A stretch of DNA of 64,000 nucleotides. It comes from Lama glama. Its lineage: Eukaryota. The notes below the pieces were generated by a model that saw only the letters and a program-made list of their open reading frames with translations, made no database searches and was not told the DNA's origin. How positions within the stretch are numbered: position 1 is the stretch's first letter; every line of letters begins with the position of its first letter. The position numbers were made by a program, and so were the translations under genes. The DNA lies in NCBI GenBank assembly GCA_028534125.1, contig CM052818.1, positions 3,040,001-3,104,000 of the forward strand, in the 5' to 3' direction. This document shows, one piece after another, positions 12,445 to 25,529 of this stretch.

Positions 12445-13237
12445 ATCTTAAATCTATGTGGACTTAGAATCAAATATTTTACTTGTATTATCTTGCTAAA
12501 GGAAATGATGAGCAGAAGTAGACAAAGAAACAGCTATGTGTCCTTTGTGGCCCTTTGCCTCTAGGTATTTAGAGGAGTTGCGGACAGCACAGCTTCAGGA
12601 AAGGCTTTTAGAAACTATCTAAGTTATCCTTACTCTACAGATGAGGACCTGTGGGCCCCAGAGGTTCGGCTTTCCTGCATCTCTTTCAGCTGAATAGAAA
12701 CCCAGTCCTCCTGAGGCACACAGGTTCACACAGGCGCACTACATAGACAATCCTAACAGCTCAATAAAATCATGGCACATCTTACCAGGAAAAACTGTTA
12801 GAGACTTTCAAATGGCCAAAAAGGACTACTCACTTACAACCGCCTTTTGTTGTCTGGGAGCTATTCTACAACTACGTAAATTGTAGAAATTGATAATAAT
12901 GCAAATTCCTTGTATCCACAGAAATGCAAACAAATTGCATCCAGTGGAATGCAACTGATTATTGCCCTCTAGAGAGTGCAGTTTTGCATCTACTTGTAAA
13001 TTTATTACAGCTTTTGCTGTTGTCCATGTATGTGTAGTTCTTCAAATTCCCCTTGGAGCCAAGTACAGCATCTTACTGGTTTCCTCACTCACGAGATTCA
13101 CTAAACAAAGATTTAAATACAATCTTTGACACACATTCATTTTATATTTGTATTAAAATCCTAAGTTTACCTTTGAAAAGTTATCCATTAACTATCTGCA
13201 AGACAGAATGTAAGTCAGCCATTAAAAATTATCTTTA

Positions 13238-13835
13238 TTCTCAAAAAACAAAAACTAGAACTACCATATGATCCAGCAATCCCACTCCTGGGCATATATA
13301 TATCTGGAGGAAACTCTAATTCAAAAAGATACATGCATCCAAATGTTCATAACAGCATTATTTATAATTGCCAAGATATGAAAACAACCTAAGTGTCCAA
13401 CAACAGATGACTGGATAATGAACTTGTGGTATATGTATATACCACAGGGTATATATGTATATAGTTGCAGTGTATTATGCCGAATGAAATAAGTCAGACA
13501 GTGAAGGACAAATACTGTATGATATCAGTTACATGTGGAATCTAAAATCTAGTGAATACAACAAGAAGAAAACAGATTCTCAGCCATAGAGAACAAACTA
13601 GTGGTTACCAATGGGAGGAGAGAAGAGGGGAGGGGCAAGATGGGGTAGAGGATTAAAAGGTACAAACTATCATATATAAAATAAATAAATCTACAAGGAC
13701 TCATAGCCAATATTTTATAATAACTATAAATGGAGTATAACCTTTAAAAACTTGAATCACTATTTTGTATACCTGTAACATATAATGTTATATATCAGCT
13801 ATACCTCAAGAAAAAAATAAACAAATAAATAAAAA
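13238..13835 (+). mobile_element. L1 3' end with A-rich tail
   Basis: ctagaactaccatatgatccagcaatcccactcctgggcatata ... aacaaactagtggttacc ... A-rich end. Confidence 0.85.
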
Positions 13836-15248
13836 TAACTATGTTTACAGAGTTTTTTGCTTCAATGACAATAAAATTGCTTAAGAAGTAGCATCAGGTG
13901 AAGAAAACAAGGCACAACATTGAAAAACAGTGTGACTCCACTGTGTCAAAAATATAGAGACAAATCACATGGAAAGAAATAAGACAAAAGAGTGATTGTC
14001 AACAGGTACTTAGGATGAGTAGGGCTTTTTGTTCCTGCTTCTTTGTATCATTCTGCACTTGGCACACTTTTTACAGTGAACATTAATTGCTTGTGTAGTC
14101 CAAAAACACAAAATCTTTGAAGAGGAAAGAATGAAGTATGTTCTATATTCTAAACAAGACCTAAGACATTGAGAAACAGGTAGAACCAGGATGAAGAAAC
14201 AAACAGCACCTGCAAAACAGTAAGTGACCAAAGGCGTCCACAGGGGACATGGAACTGGCAGCCGGCCAGGAAGCTGAAGGGCCTCTTGCATTTCATGGAT
14301 ATTTTATTTTTCCTTCTTACAATGGAAATATGCACAGCTCGGTGTTTAGACCTCAGAAAACAACTTCTAGACGCATCAATGTAAAATAAATAAAGATTTA
14401 AATTTAAATTACATGTGTAGCCTGGAAAAACACCTACCAGGTCTTTAATCCCCACCAAGATGCTCATTAGCTGGCTTGGTGAATGCTTATTACCTTCCCC
14501 GACAGAGATAGTACCAGGGCCTTTTTTAAATCAAGAAACCTACCAGAACCACATTCCAGAACCTTCCAGAATTACACAAACCAGAACAACATTCCAAAAC
14601 CTTGAGTTTAACAGATGTCAGTCACTGACACAAAGACATGCCACATAAAGATGAAGTTTCATGCTCAGAGAAGGTAATAAAGTGACTTTGTTTATACAAA
14701 TTCAGCCTGTGACTCAGGGAACTTATAGTCCGGTAAGAAATCTGCACATGTACAAAATTATATAACAATATGATAAATGTCATATCTGAGATGCATTGGA
14801 GGGGCTGGGGAGTGCAGAGAATGAAAGTCATGACTTCACCTGGCAAGAGCCTTTCAGGAGTTGCAGACAAGTAAGCTGAATGAAGACAAATGGTTCTTCC
14901 ACTCAGGGAAAAGGAAAAGGACTTTCTAAGACAAGGGTTTAGCTTGAGCACGCACATGGACAAAAAAGACCAACGTTGTGGACCCTGCAACTCTGCATGG
15001 CTGAAATATAAGAGTGAATGGCCAAATAACCAGAAGTGTGGCTGGAAAGAAAGGCAAGAGCCAGATCACTGGGTCACAGCCAGCGTGAAGTCTAGGAGAG
15101 ACTCAGCACAGCAGGCCCGCTAATGCCCTTTACCACATTGCTAACTACCTTGTCAAGAACAGTCATGCGAGGGCACCGTTCAGCCACTCAGCAAGCGTCA
15201 CTGTGATTTATTCATCCATAAACTTGTATAATTTATCAGCATTTCCAA

Positions 15249-15609
15249 TGTGATAGTTAATTTTACGTGTCAAATTGGCCACAGGGTACTCAGATTAAAC
15301 ATTATTTCTATAAGGGTGTTTCCAGATGAGATTAGCAATTTAATTGGTGGACTCAGTAAAATAGACTGCACTCCCCAAAGTGGATATGCATCATCTAATT
15401 CACTGAGGATCCCAAAGAACCAAAGGCAGAGGAAGGAAGAATTCCCCCCTTTTTTTCCTGCCTCATTGCTCAAGTATCTCATCCCGTCTTCTGTTGCTCT
15501 CACACTGGGCTTTACACCATTGGCTTCCCTGGGTCTCCCACTTGTAGATGGCAGGTTATGGGACTTTTCAGTCTCCATAACTGAGTGAGCCAGTTCCTCA
15601 TAATAAATC

Positions 15610-15647
<38 letters not shown>

Positions 15648-15679
15648 CTGGTTCTGTTTCTCTGGAGTAGCCTAATACA
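15249..15679 (+). mobile_element. MLT2-type solo LTR containing (TG)n at 15613-15643
   Basis: TG...CA termini; tgtgatagttaattttacgtgtcaa start; aataaa followed by ctggttctgtttctctggag end. Confidence 0.8.
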
Positions 15680-16619
15680 CCCAGGTAGGATTACAAATTG
15701 GTCTGTTTGTGCCATAAAATGTTTTTAAACCCTGCAAACTCTGGACTGAGGTGCTCACAGGGTTGGCAATCTCTTAGACACAAGAGTGTCCAGTCAGCTA
15801 CCCTACTCTTCTGCTCCAGGGGCAGGCACCCCTGACCCGGGCTCCCAAGTACTGCTGGTGAGCATCATACAGTCACTGAGACTGGTGCCAACCAAAATTC
15901 AGGGGCTCTATCCCAGCTGTGCGCTTGGTACCATCTTGCATCTTAGTGAAGGTTTCCCTCCATCACCTTCACTTCCCCCCAGCGCCGCCTCACACTGCCT
16001 TCTCTCCTGTGGATATCCTCATTCCCACCTCAGAGAGATCTGAGGTTGACAGGCGTGGGTTCCTTTGACTGCTCTTTTCCATCTCCCACTATCTTTCCCT
16101 TCCTTCTCCCTCAAGGAGCCTCCTTGTTGCCAAGTCATTTTGACCCTGAACAGATCTTGATCCATCAGATATCTCAATTCCCAGCCCTAACTGGCACTGT
16201 CAACTTCTCTCTTTTACCCATTCACACTTCATCCCGCAGCAGGGGGGAATCCAGGCTGTGGGCACTGCAGCTGCCCCCGCTGAAAAAAAAACCCATTTAA
16301 ATGAATGTTTTTGGAAGCAGGAGATTGCACGAGCAGATGTACCCGGAGGGAACCAGAACAAGCCTTAAACTTGGGTTGTGGGAACCAGTCTTCTCAAATA
16401 GGGGCCACAGCCTGGATCCTGGGCTGACCCAGCCAAAGTCTGGGGAGCAAGGGCTTAGCAAACTTGAGAGCTGGCTTAGAAAAGTTTGGGAATTCAATAC
16501 CTGATCATTCTCCCAAAAGGTCAGGGCAGCCCCATTAGCCTCTACTGACGGGTATGGGAGATGGAAAGTCCAGTAGCAGAGGAAGAGGCAGGCAGTTACT
16601 GTCAGACATTTAGGAAACT

Positions 16620-16692
16620 TCGTCGCTTCTGCATACATCCTCCCTGCGCTCCTGCGCATGCGCGGCCCGTCCACGCCACACCCACGCCCTTC
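16620..16692. promoter_or_regulatory. Orphan promoter-like motif cluster (NRF1 palindrome plus KLF/SP boxes)
   Basis: TGCGCATGCGCG at 16653-16664 followed by ccacgccacacccacgccc; local CpG cluster in CpG-poor surroundings. Confidence 0.5.
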
Positions 16693-17352
16693 TAGCCCAG
16701 TGAGCGTCCTCCAGTTCAGCCCATCTCAAGAAATCAGCTGTGTCCATAAGCTCATTCCCTAGGACTTTTAAACCTAGTTTGCATTTCAAGAGAAAGTTAA
16801 GTCACATTCCATGATTTTCACGTTACATTTTCCTCTTCCACTGGCTGGTGCCAAGCTGCTGTGGATCTCTCCACAATAAGCCTTTTTTCTTTGAACCAGG
16901 AATTGCCATTTGGCCCAGCCTGAAGGGAGCAGCCCTTCTAGTCCCCTGGAGAAACGCCACCCGGGATTGGCTCTGGTGCCTCCCTCTGTCCCTTCTTTGG
17001 GCTGAAGGGGCTATAGGGTGGGATCTGGCAGTCCCCCAAGAAAGCAGAGGGTGGGGCCAGGGGGTAAATTTTAATTAAAGCTTCTCTGTAGCTAGGCGCA
17101 GAGCTGGGTCACGTTGGCTAGGAAAGACCAGCAAACCAGGTGGTCTCTGTCACCTTTAGTCTAAAACAGATTAAGTGCCCTCTGCAGAGCAGAGTAAGTG
17201 GCATGGGCTCATTGTACCTGCTGCTGGGGTGGAGAGAAGAGCAGGAGGGACAGATCTGTCTTTGCCCTGGTGACGGTGGGAGTTTACAGGCCCGTATCAG
17301 CAGCAGCTGGTTGAGGCTCTCCCCTCACCCCCCAGTCACAGCTCAGTTGTCA

Positions 17353-17645
17353 AGACGTAGAAAACAAATTTATGGTTACCAAAAAGGAAAGGGGGGAAAA
17401 GAGATAAATTGGAAGTTTGAGATTAGCAGATACAGACTATTATATGCAGAATAGGTAAACAACAAGGTTCTACTGTATGGCACAGGGAGCTATATTCAAT
17501 AGCTTATAATAACCAAGAATGAAAAAGAATATGAAAAGAATATGTATGTATGTATGTATAACTGAATCACTATGCTATACACCAGAAACACAGCATAGTA
17601 AATCAACAGTACTTCAATTAAAAATAATAATAATAATAATAATAT
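17353..17645 (+). mobile_element. L1 3' terminal fragment with (AAT)n tail
   Basis: aaacaaatttatggttaccaaa...gtttgagattagcagatacagactatta...acttcaattaaaaataataa. Confidence 0.75.
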
Positions 17646-18057
17646 AATAAACATGACATACTACTAATCACAGTTTATTACATACAAGGAAGTTAAACTC
17701 TCTTGAGGAAGCTAAGAGGCCTAATCCTTTCACCTAGACAAGCTGGGGACTGGGGTGCTGAACAAAATTGTAGCTTTGGGTTCACTCAGGGAATCCACTG
17801 CTAAGAAGGGAGATTCAGCAACCCAAAGGCATTGGGCAGAGAGTTTGAGGCAACTGGAGGGATACCATGGAAACCAGAGGAACTTAAAAGATTCCAGGTG
17901 GAAAGTGGGAGATGGAGATTAGGAGATTAAGGAAATTTGAGCACCCAAAAGGAAGGCTGAAGCTTTGTTTTGTTGAGTGCTGGAGGCCTCATGTTACCTG
18001 TGGCCAAGAACCCACGAAGCACTACCCAGACCCAGCCTTCTTCCCCATCCTTCTTCA

Positions 18058-18600
18058 ACCCGATGTTGTGCTGGTAAATGTTTAACAACCAGTTTGGGTG
18101 AGGTGGCCTATATGCATATAAATTTTACTGATATAAAGGATATGTGGTACACAACTTACAAATAGTAATAAAGTATTCAATACTCTTTATTGTAAATTCC
18201 ATATAGCCAATTAATCAATACGCCAAAGAAGGCTTTCACTGATTTTTGGCAACCTCTTATATGGGTACCCAACCTAAGGTTGCAATTACCAAATGAGTAT
18301 AGTTCTGACATGAATGTTGGTTGATATTTTATTTACAGTAACAAGTGACTTGCTCATTATAATACCAGAAGAATATTTCCTTATTTTTGTGCTATTCACA
18401 ACATAACAGCTGCAGTATGATACACATGTAAATTTAATCTTCATTATTAATATTTTCTCCATCACTTTAGTCTAGATAAGTCAACAAAAAAATAAACCAA
18501 GCCCTAATCTATAATCTTTGCTAATTTCTGTGATATAAATATAACACCATGGCCAGTTTTCAAATTAACAACATAAAGTCACTATACAATGAGTTGGAAA
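18058..18600. mobile_element. hAT-Tip100-type DNA transposon remnant (MER115/Zaphod-like)
   Basis: tgtgctggtaaatgtttaacaacc terminal motif recalled from the consensus. Confidence 0.5.
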
Positions 18601-18621
18601 GTTTTCCAATAGTATAACTTT

Positions 18622-18880
18622 AACAAATATCATATGATACCACTTACATATGGACTCTAAAAAAATGGTACAAATGAACTTATTTACAAAACAGAAATAG
18701 ACTCATAGATATAGATAACAAACGAATGATTACCAAAGGGGAAAGGGGCAAGGGAGGGATGAATTCGGAGTTTAGAATTAACATACACACACTACTATAT
18801 ATAAAAATAGGTAGATAACAAGGACCTACTATATAGTACAGGAAACTATATTCATTATCTTATAAAAAGCTATAATGCAA
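18622..18880 (+). mobile_element. L1 3'-end fragment
   Basis: acaaatatcatatgataccacttacatatgga...caaatgaacttatttacaaaacagaaatagactcatagat. Confidence 0.75.
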
Positions 18881-19899
18881 ATCCATTTCTGGGGTGACAC
18901 AGTGGTGAAATAAAGAATATCCCCTGTCATGCCAGAACTCAGAGTCTAGTAGAGATGGTTTTTAGACATGCTTGAGAAACACCATCAATCGCATGGCCCA
19001 GGGCTCAAGAGGCGCAAGCTGTCTTCTTTCAAATATAGTTTATTAGGCTTTTCCCTTTACAAAAGCAATGTGTGTTTATTTCATTTTAAAATACAGAAAA
19101 ATAGAGGAGAGAGAGAGAGAAGCAACCACTATCAAATGACATGCAGATTGCTGCTTCTATACATACATACATTTTATACATACACATTTGAGTTTGTTTT
19201 TATTTATATAGCTGTGATTATACTATATGCACAAAGCCTATTTTTTCACTTACTATTATTATATCTTATAATATGCATTTCCCTTGTTTTTTAAAAGTTT
19301 TATGCACATCATTTTAATGACACACAATATGCTAGAGAATGGGCATATTTTATTCAACCATCCTTTGAGTACAAAACATTTGGTCCATTTCAATTTATCA
19401 ATATTATATATAGGACTTATCAAACATCTTTGTACAAAAAAACCCATCATTTGGGTTTTGGGCTCAGGGGAAAAGGAAGGGAAAGGGAAGATTTGGGGGG
19501 GAACTCATGTATTCTTATTCATGCTGATATACTCTAGAACAAAGCACAAGTCCCCAGATTTTAGAAGACCACACCTTTGTAGGAGGCACATTCTGCAGGT
19601 TGAGCTGGGCCTGGGGTTCCTGGAGGCACTGCCACACCCACAGACACTTGGGAGGGCTACCCGGCCTCCACTTGAGGCAGACAAGTTGATTGGCTCAGGT
19701 CTGAACACATGGCCCCAAATCAGCCAGTCCACTGGCTGGCTAGAACCAATCATATTTTATCTTCGTAAAGTTGAACTAGAAAACCCAGAGATCATTGGCA
19801 ACAGGCCATGGGCATTTACGGAGAAAAAACTTCAAGAGCAGCCTACACAAAATATATGTCACAGCAGTATCTGGTCAGGATGAAAGGGAAGAAAAGGAG

Positions 19900-20470
19900 G
19901 AGATGCGCGTGGAAAGCAGAAAAGGAGAGAGAGAGCGCGCGCGGCCGCTGTCCCTGCCGGCATTCCCGTTCCTACCCCAGCTGTTGTGCGGTGGTTTGTT
20001 GTGATTTCAAGTCTGCTTGTTCATGACAAAAATTAAGTTGTTTTGCTATAAAAGTGAAATTGTGTATCTGGAGATCCTCCCCCTCATCTGTGGTTGCCAT
20101 AGGCACTCAGACGCTCAGCAGCTCAGGTGCCGAGGAGCGCTGCTGGGGGCTTATCAGGAAGGACACTTGAAGCAGCAGCTATGGCCCGGGACATGTAGAC
20201 TATAAATGCTCAGAGTGTTCAGTCTGCGAAAGCCACTCTTTGCTGATGTAATAGCGCTCCGAAGACCTTGGGGCACCAGCTTCTGCCAGGCAAGGCGCCT
20301 CTGGTGAGAACCGCGCGGCGGCCGCGCAGGAGTTCACCTGACCCGCCGGCAGCGGCGCCTGCCTTCCCAGCCACGAGCTCTGGCAACAAGGAAATTTCTT
20401 TTTCGCAGCGGTTGCTGGACGTCAGCTCTGAGTTGGCTAAGCCAGCTCTCCAGAGAATCAACCCTCGGTA
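19900..20470. promoter_or_regulatory. Orphan CpG-rich element (candidate enhancer or lncRNA promoter)
   Basis: Two GCGGCCGC sites (19941-19948, 20318-20325), CG runs, TATAAAAG at 20047-20054, TATAAATG at 20201-20208; no recognisable repeat or coding content. Confidence 0.5.
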
Positions 20471-21289
20471 GAAAGTTACTCCTCGAACTAAATTTGGACT
20501 TTATTCCTTTCACCCCTCCTTGCCAAGAACAATAGTGTAGTTAATCTATTATTGGTTTGGAGTATGTTATTTCTTTATTGGCTGATTAAGTGACATTAGC
20601 CTATATGCTCTTGGCTTGTGAAATTATTATAATTCCTGCAGTGAACCTGCGGTAAATAAAACATTGGCCAAGACAATCTCAGCCTCTGAGAAGAATTTGC
20701 CTGGAAACAAAACAACAGTCCAGCTCTATTTTCTGCCCTGCATTCTGGGGAAGGCCCCCTTTATCCCCTACTACCAAATAAATCCCACTGATCGCTTGAT
20801 CTGGCTTGAATAGATCTCTGTTCTTTTCAATCAAAAGATCATAAGCAAACAGAATGTCAGTACTTCCTGGAGTCAGAGACTATCAGGACTGAAAGGGTCG
20901 GGGACAATAAACCAAATCCTCCGCTGAGCCACAGTCAGGAGGACTGAAAGACTGAGTCCCTCTCCAGCTGTAAGCGTGGAAAGTAAGCCAATCAGGGGAA
21001 CCCACTCACCTCCCCACAGCGATAGGCTCTCCCGTTTTCCAACAGCGATAGCTTTAGGCATCAGCATTTGACTTAAGACCTCAGAGCAAATGGTCATCTA
21101 TGTGGCTTGTTTCTGTTTTAACAACAACGAGAGGGAGAAGGAGAATGAGAAAGAGAGAATTCCTTTCAATATTATGAAAGTAGTACGTGTTTCCTGAGAA
21201 AGAAATTTAAATACAGGAAAGGATGAAAATGTAAATAAAAATAGCCTTCCTAGTAATCAGGAAAATGCCAAAGAAAACCAACGACACAG

Positions 21290-21990
21290 GGACATATAGT
21301 CAAGATCGTGTGGCAACTCACAGTGAAAAAGAATATGAAAATGAATTCATGTATGTTCATGTATGACTGAAAAACCATGCTGTACACCAGAAATTGACAC
21401 AACTTTGTAAACTGACTATAACTCAATAAAAAGAAAAAAAAAAGAAAACCAATGAGACCTCACTTTTCATTCATCAGACTGGCAGTTTTTTTCCTTATGA
21501 CCAAGTGTTTGACAAAGTTGTGAGAAATTAGTTTTTTAATACTATAATGGGCATGTCAATTATTAGCTCCTGTAGCTCCTATGAGGGGCAAGTTGCCAGT
21601 GCCTACTGAAATTTGAAATCTTAGGACCCAGTGTTCTTCTATATCTGCCTTGAGGAGACCTTTGTATCTATGCACAAGGAGTTGTTCAAGGATGTTGGCT
21701 GAAGCCTTGTCTGCAGGAGCAAAATAATTAGAAACAACCTAAATGCCCATGAAAAAAAGGGAACAGCTAAATCAATCTAATAAAGCCCTACTATGAACTA
21801 GCATGCTGCAGTTAAAAGAGTGAAGCAGATCAGTGTGTCATAACACCCAACAAGACGTGTGGTTGAGTGAAAAATGCAAAATGAGGAAAGAAATGGGCAG
21901 TCCACTGTCATTTATGTATTTAAAAAGCCATTTACACAAAATGATCTGATTATCATCTGTGCGTTTCTATATATGTGTGTGAATGCATAG
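21290..21990 (+). mobile_element. Young L1 3' tip (21290-21445) within an old L1M 3' fragment
   Basis: tgctgtacaccagaaattgacacaactttgtaaactgactataactcaataaaa; downstream gaaacaacctaaatgcccat motif. Confidence 0.6.
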
Positions 21991-23910
21991 AAAACAACCC
22001 CAAAAGGAGTGACAGACAAAGGGGACTTAGTTTAGTCTTCCCATAAATCATAATTTTGCTCAAGAGGAACTCAATAGGTTTTTAAGTATGTGTATGCATA
22101 TACAGACACACACAAGAAAATTTGGAGAAAACATACAGAACAAAAGAGTAATTAAAATAATCTCTAATCCCACCTCAACTGCTAACCCTCCAGAACCCTT
22201 TTAGAAAGAGTCAGGGGTCTGTTCAGGGGCTCAAAACGTGTCCATCAGGCCATCAGCTGCCCTTCTGCCCACAAGGGAGTCTAGCACCATTCAACCCAGA
22301 AGACCTCCTAATCTAAATAGCACCCTAGACTCTGCAAAGGTCATGGTGCCCTCCCACTGTTTGTAATTCGAAATGCATAACACCAAAGTTCTGAATTTTC
22401 CTGTGACTACTTCAATGCTTTTTCTAAGCAGCAAATAACAAAATCTTTTCAAAACAATGCTTCCCCTCTCCCTCTCTTTGTTTGAGTATATGTTTTGTTT
22501 TGCTTTGTCCCGCCTTCTTGGTGCCCTAAACCCACATATAATCTGCCCGTTGACTAAACCTGCACTGGTCCTCTCCCCACCCCTAAGAAGGCTGTGTGGC
22601 AAAGACACACCCAGGTTGCCTGCCCCGACCCCGCCCCACATCCATCCCTCCTGTTTCAGCCTTGCCATTGTGTCCCAGGCGAGCTGCAGAACAATGAATT
22701 CTTAGCAGATGATAGTATTGCCCTGTCTCCACGTTCTGAGCCAACCCCAGTTATGCCTGGCATCCAGGAGTCAGCGTTTTGTAGGCTTCTGTGACATTTG
22801 AGAGCTCACATCCCACTTCTTCTAGAATTTGGAAGAGAGAAGGAAGGACAGAGGGCTGCTCTTGTCACCACCAATGAGCTCATCCTTTTCAGAGAGGCAA
22901 TAAGAAAGCTAAATTTCACCCCATGAATCAGGAAGCCTGAACTCATGAGAAAACACACATTCCCCAGCTGCCTGACCCACCCAGCTGACCTTTCTATAAA
23001 AAGGAGAGCTGGACTGAGGCCTCCTCCCTAGAATGAGTTAACTAATTAAACAACGACAAACATTTTTTAGTGAAACAAACCCTTCACACCATCCATTCAA
23101 ATCCTGTGATTTCTATATACCTTCCAAGGTCACAACCTTTTTGGCTTCTTGTGGCTGACATCGCACATGTCTGGGAGCCCCTCCCAACTTCCACATTTGG
23201 GGCGATTTAACCAGGAGCAAGTCATTCAACCCCTCTTAGCTTGTTTCTCCAACTGGACATTGGAAATACTAATTCCTATCTTTTTGCTTGATGATCTTAG
23301 AGTAAAATGCCCTGAGGCATTCCTCACTGTCTCAAAACAGTAGTGCCTTGGGATTCAGTTTGCCCCCTAGTCCATATTCACTCCAGACCAAAGCCATTGA
23401 GTTGTCATCCCCAGTCTTACAGGACAATGGCCTGGGTCTCCTACCACCTGGTCCGCAGAATGGAGAAATCTCCGTGTTGTTAGCCATCTGGTCTTTCAAA
23501 CACAATTGACCTGCCCGTCAACTTTCCTCCACCTCTATCCTTGTTCTCTTTGTAAACTATTGCTTATTACATTTATCTTTAAGCATATCTGTTTCTTTTT
23601 ACTCTCTTCAGTGAAAATTTTGAAGGTTTTGGCATCAGGGTCTACAGGGTCTTCTTCCTTGGCTAGCAGTCCTGGTCCTACCCTCTCTGCAAGGTAACTG
23701 AGTCACCTGTTTACTCCCCAGTCTTTGTGTGTCTGCCATAAAGAATATGCACGGACTCAGAGTCTAGGTTTGGTCCAGGTTTAGAGTTTGCACCCTTGCG
23801 TGCAATAGCCTCTTTGCAGCTTCGTGATAAATGATCTCTGTTATTGTAAAACATGGCATTGGTACACATTGTTCCAAATTATCAAAAACAAAAAACAAAA
23901 AAAAATGGGT

Positions 23911-24010
23911 GGTGGGGGGTATAGCTCAGTGGTAGAGCACGAGCTTGGCATGCACGAGGTCTGGGGTTCAGTCCCCAGTGCCTCTGTTCGGGGGAGAACA
24001 AAATAAAATA
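23911..24010 (+). mobile_element. tRNA-derived camelid-type SINE
   Basis: gggtatagctcagtggtagagcac...gggttcagtccccagtgcctct. Confidence 0.85.
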
Positions 24011-24186
24011 AGTTATCTTGTAGTACTTTCGTGGGCTGGTGGTTATTACTCTAGATCTCCTCTTTTGTGGTACTAAAATCACTAATGTTCAATAATTTTA
24101 GGGTAATCAGAAATCATAGGAAATGAAAAGAAAGCTTTTGGGTCCTCTCTCTGTGATTGCTTCATCCCTTGATCCAAACCTTCTGA

Positions 24187-24585
24187 AAGGAAAGGCAAAA
24201 TTATGGAAACAATAAAAAAGATAAATCGTTACCAGGAGTGGAGGAAGCAGAGAGGTGAATACAAGAGCACAGAGGATTTTCAGGGCAGCGAAAATACTGT
24301 GTATAATATTATAATGATGGATGTATGTCATTACACACTTGTCCAAACTCATAGAATGTACAAAGCCAAGAATAGACCTTAAGGTAAACTATGGACTTTG
24401 AGTGATTATGATGTGTCAAAGTAAGCTCATCCTTGGTAACAAATGTACCATTTTTGTGAGTGATACTGATAATGTGGGAGGCTATGCATGAGTGAGGATG
24501 GGAGTATATGGGAAATCTCTACATTCTTCTCAATTTTATTGTAAACCTAAAACTGCTCCCAAAAAATAGTCTTTAAAAAAAAAAC
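24187..24585 (+). mobile_element. L1M 3' end
   Basis: gtccaaactcatagaatgtaca...aactatggactttgagtgattatgatgtgtcaa...ggaaatctctaca...taaacctaaaactgctc. Confidence 0.75.
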
Positions 24586-24887
24586 CTGGAAGGGACAAAC
24601 TCTGTTGTCCTTCTTACTTAATTAAAGAGCTCTAGGACACTGCTCAGAGGTAGAAATCTCAAACTCCTAGGAAACTCACCCTAGAGACATACTGCTTCAT
24701 TCTTCATAGGTCTTCATCATGCTTCTTTTCAATCCTCCTTTTCTCTTTTTTCTTCCCCACCCACGACCTCTTTTTCTTCATCTGGGACCTGCTTTTCTCC
24801 TTTCTCTTTTTTCCTTTTCTGTTCTTGTTTGTCATGATCCATCCTCAAAGAGGTTTCAATTCCGTCCTGACCTGCATACTAGATTAG

Positions 24888-25135
24888 AGAGGACCCTAAA
24901 TCCAGTGACTCATGTCCTTATAAGAGGAAAAGAAGACACACAAAGACACACAGAGGAGATGGAGGCAAGGATTGGTGAGATGCAGCCACAAACCAAGGAA
25001 AGCCAAGGATTGCCAGAAGCTAGGAGAGAGATACAAAACAGATTTTTCCTCAGGGCTTCCAGATGGAACCAACCCTGTCATCGTAACTTCTCACTTCTAG
25101 CCTCTCTGTTAGAGAGTGTATTTCTGTTGTTTTAA
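24888..25135 (+). mobile_element. MLT1 (MaLR) LTR fragment
   Basis: ccctaaatccagtgactcatgtccttataagagg...gatgcagccacaaaccaaggaaagccaaggattgcc. Confidence 0.75.
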
Positions 25136-25529
25136 TCCAACAAATGAAATACAGTCAACAGTGACTGATCACAGTGATGGATGTACAACTATTAGAACAT
25201 ACTGAAAAACATTGAACTGCACACTTCAGATGGGTGAATTGTATGGTATGTGATATATCCCAATAACGCTGTTATTTTTGTAAATTATGTCCTGTCCTGC
25301 CAGTAGCCTTGTTTCCTGCCACTTTTAGGATCAGCTACAGAGGCTTCCGTACACCTTCCTCATAGAGGCATTTGCCTACTTGTGCTTCTTACCTACACTG
25401 GGGCCTGCCTGCCCTCACCATCCCACAGATCCAGACAGGCAGAGAGATTACAAACAAACAAACAAACAAACCAAAGATGTAGCCTGAACCTACATCTCTG
25501 TTGTTTCCACTCTTCCCCTCAACAAAAGA

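Noticed and set aside
14542..14603. Imperfect 24-bp direct repeat with a short spacer
   Set aside because: Two copies only; an ordinary local duplication, not a CRISPR-like array
19284..19883. 199-aa ORF
   Set aside because: Non-ATG start, no recognisable domain, mixed composition, no splice support
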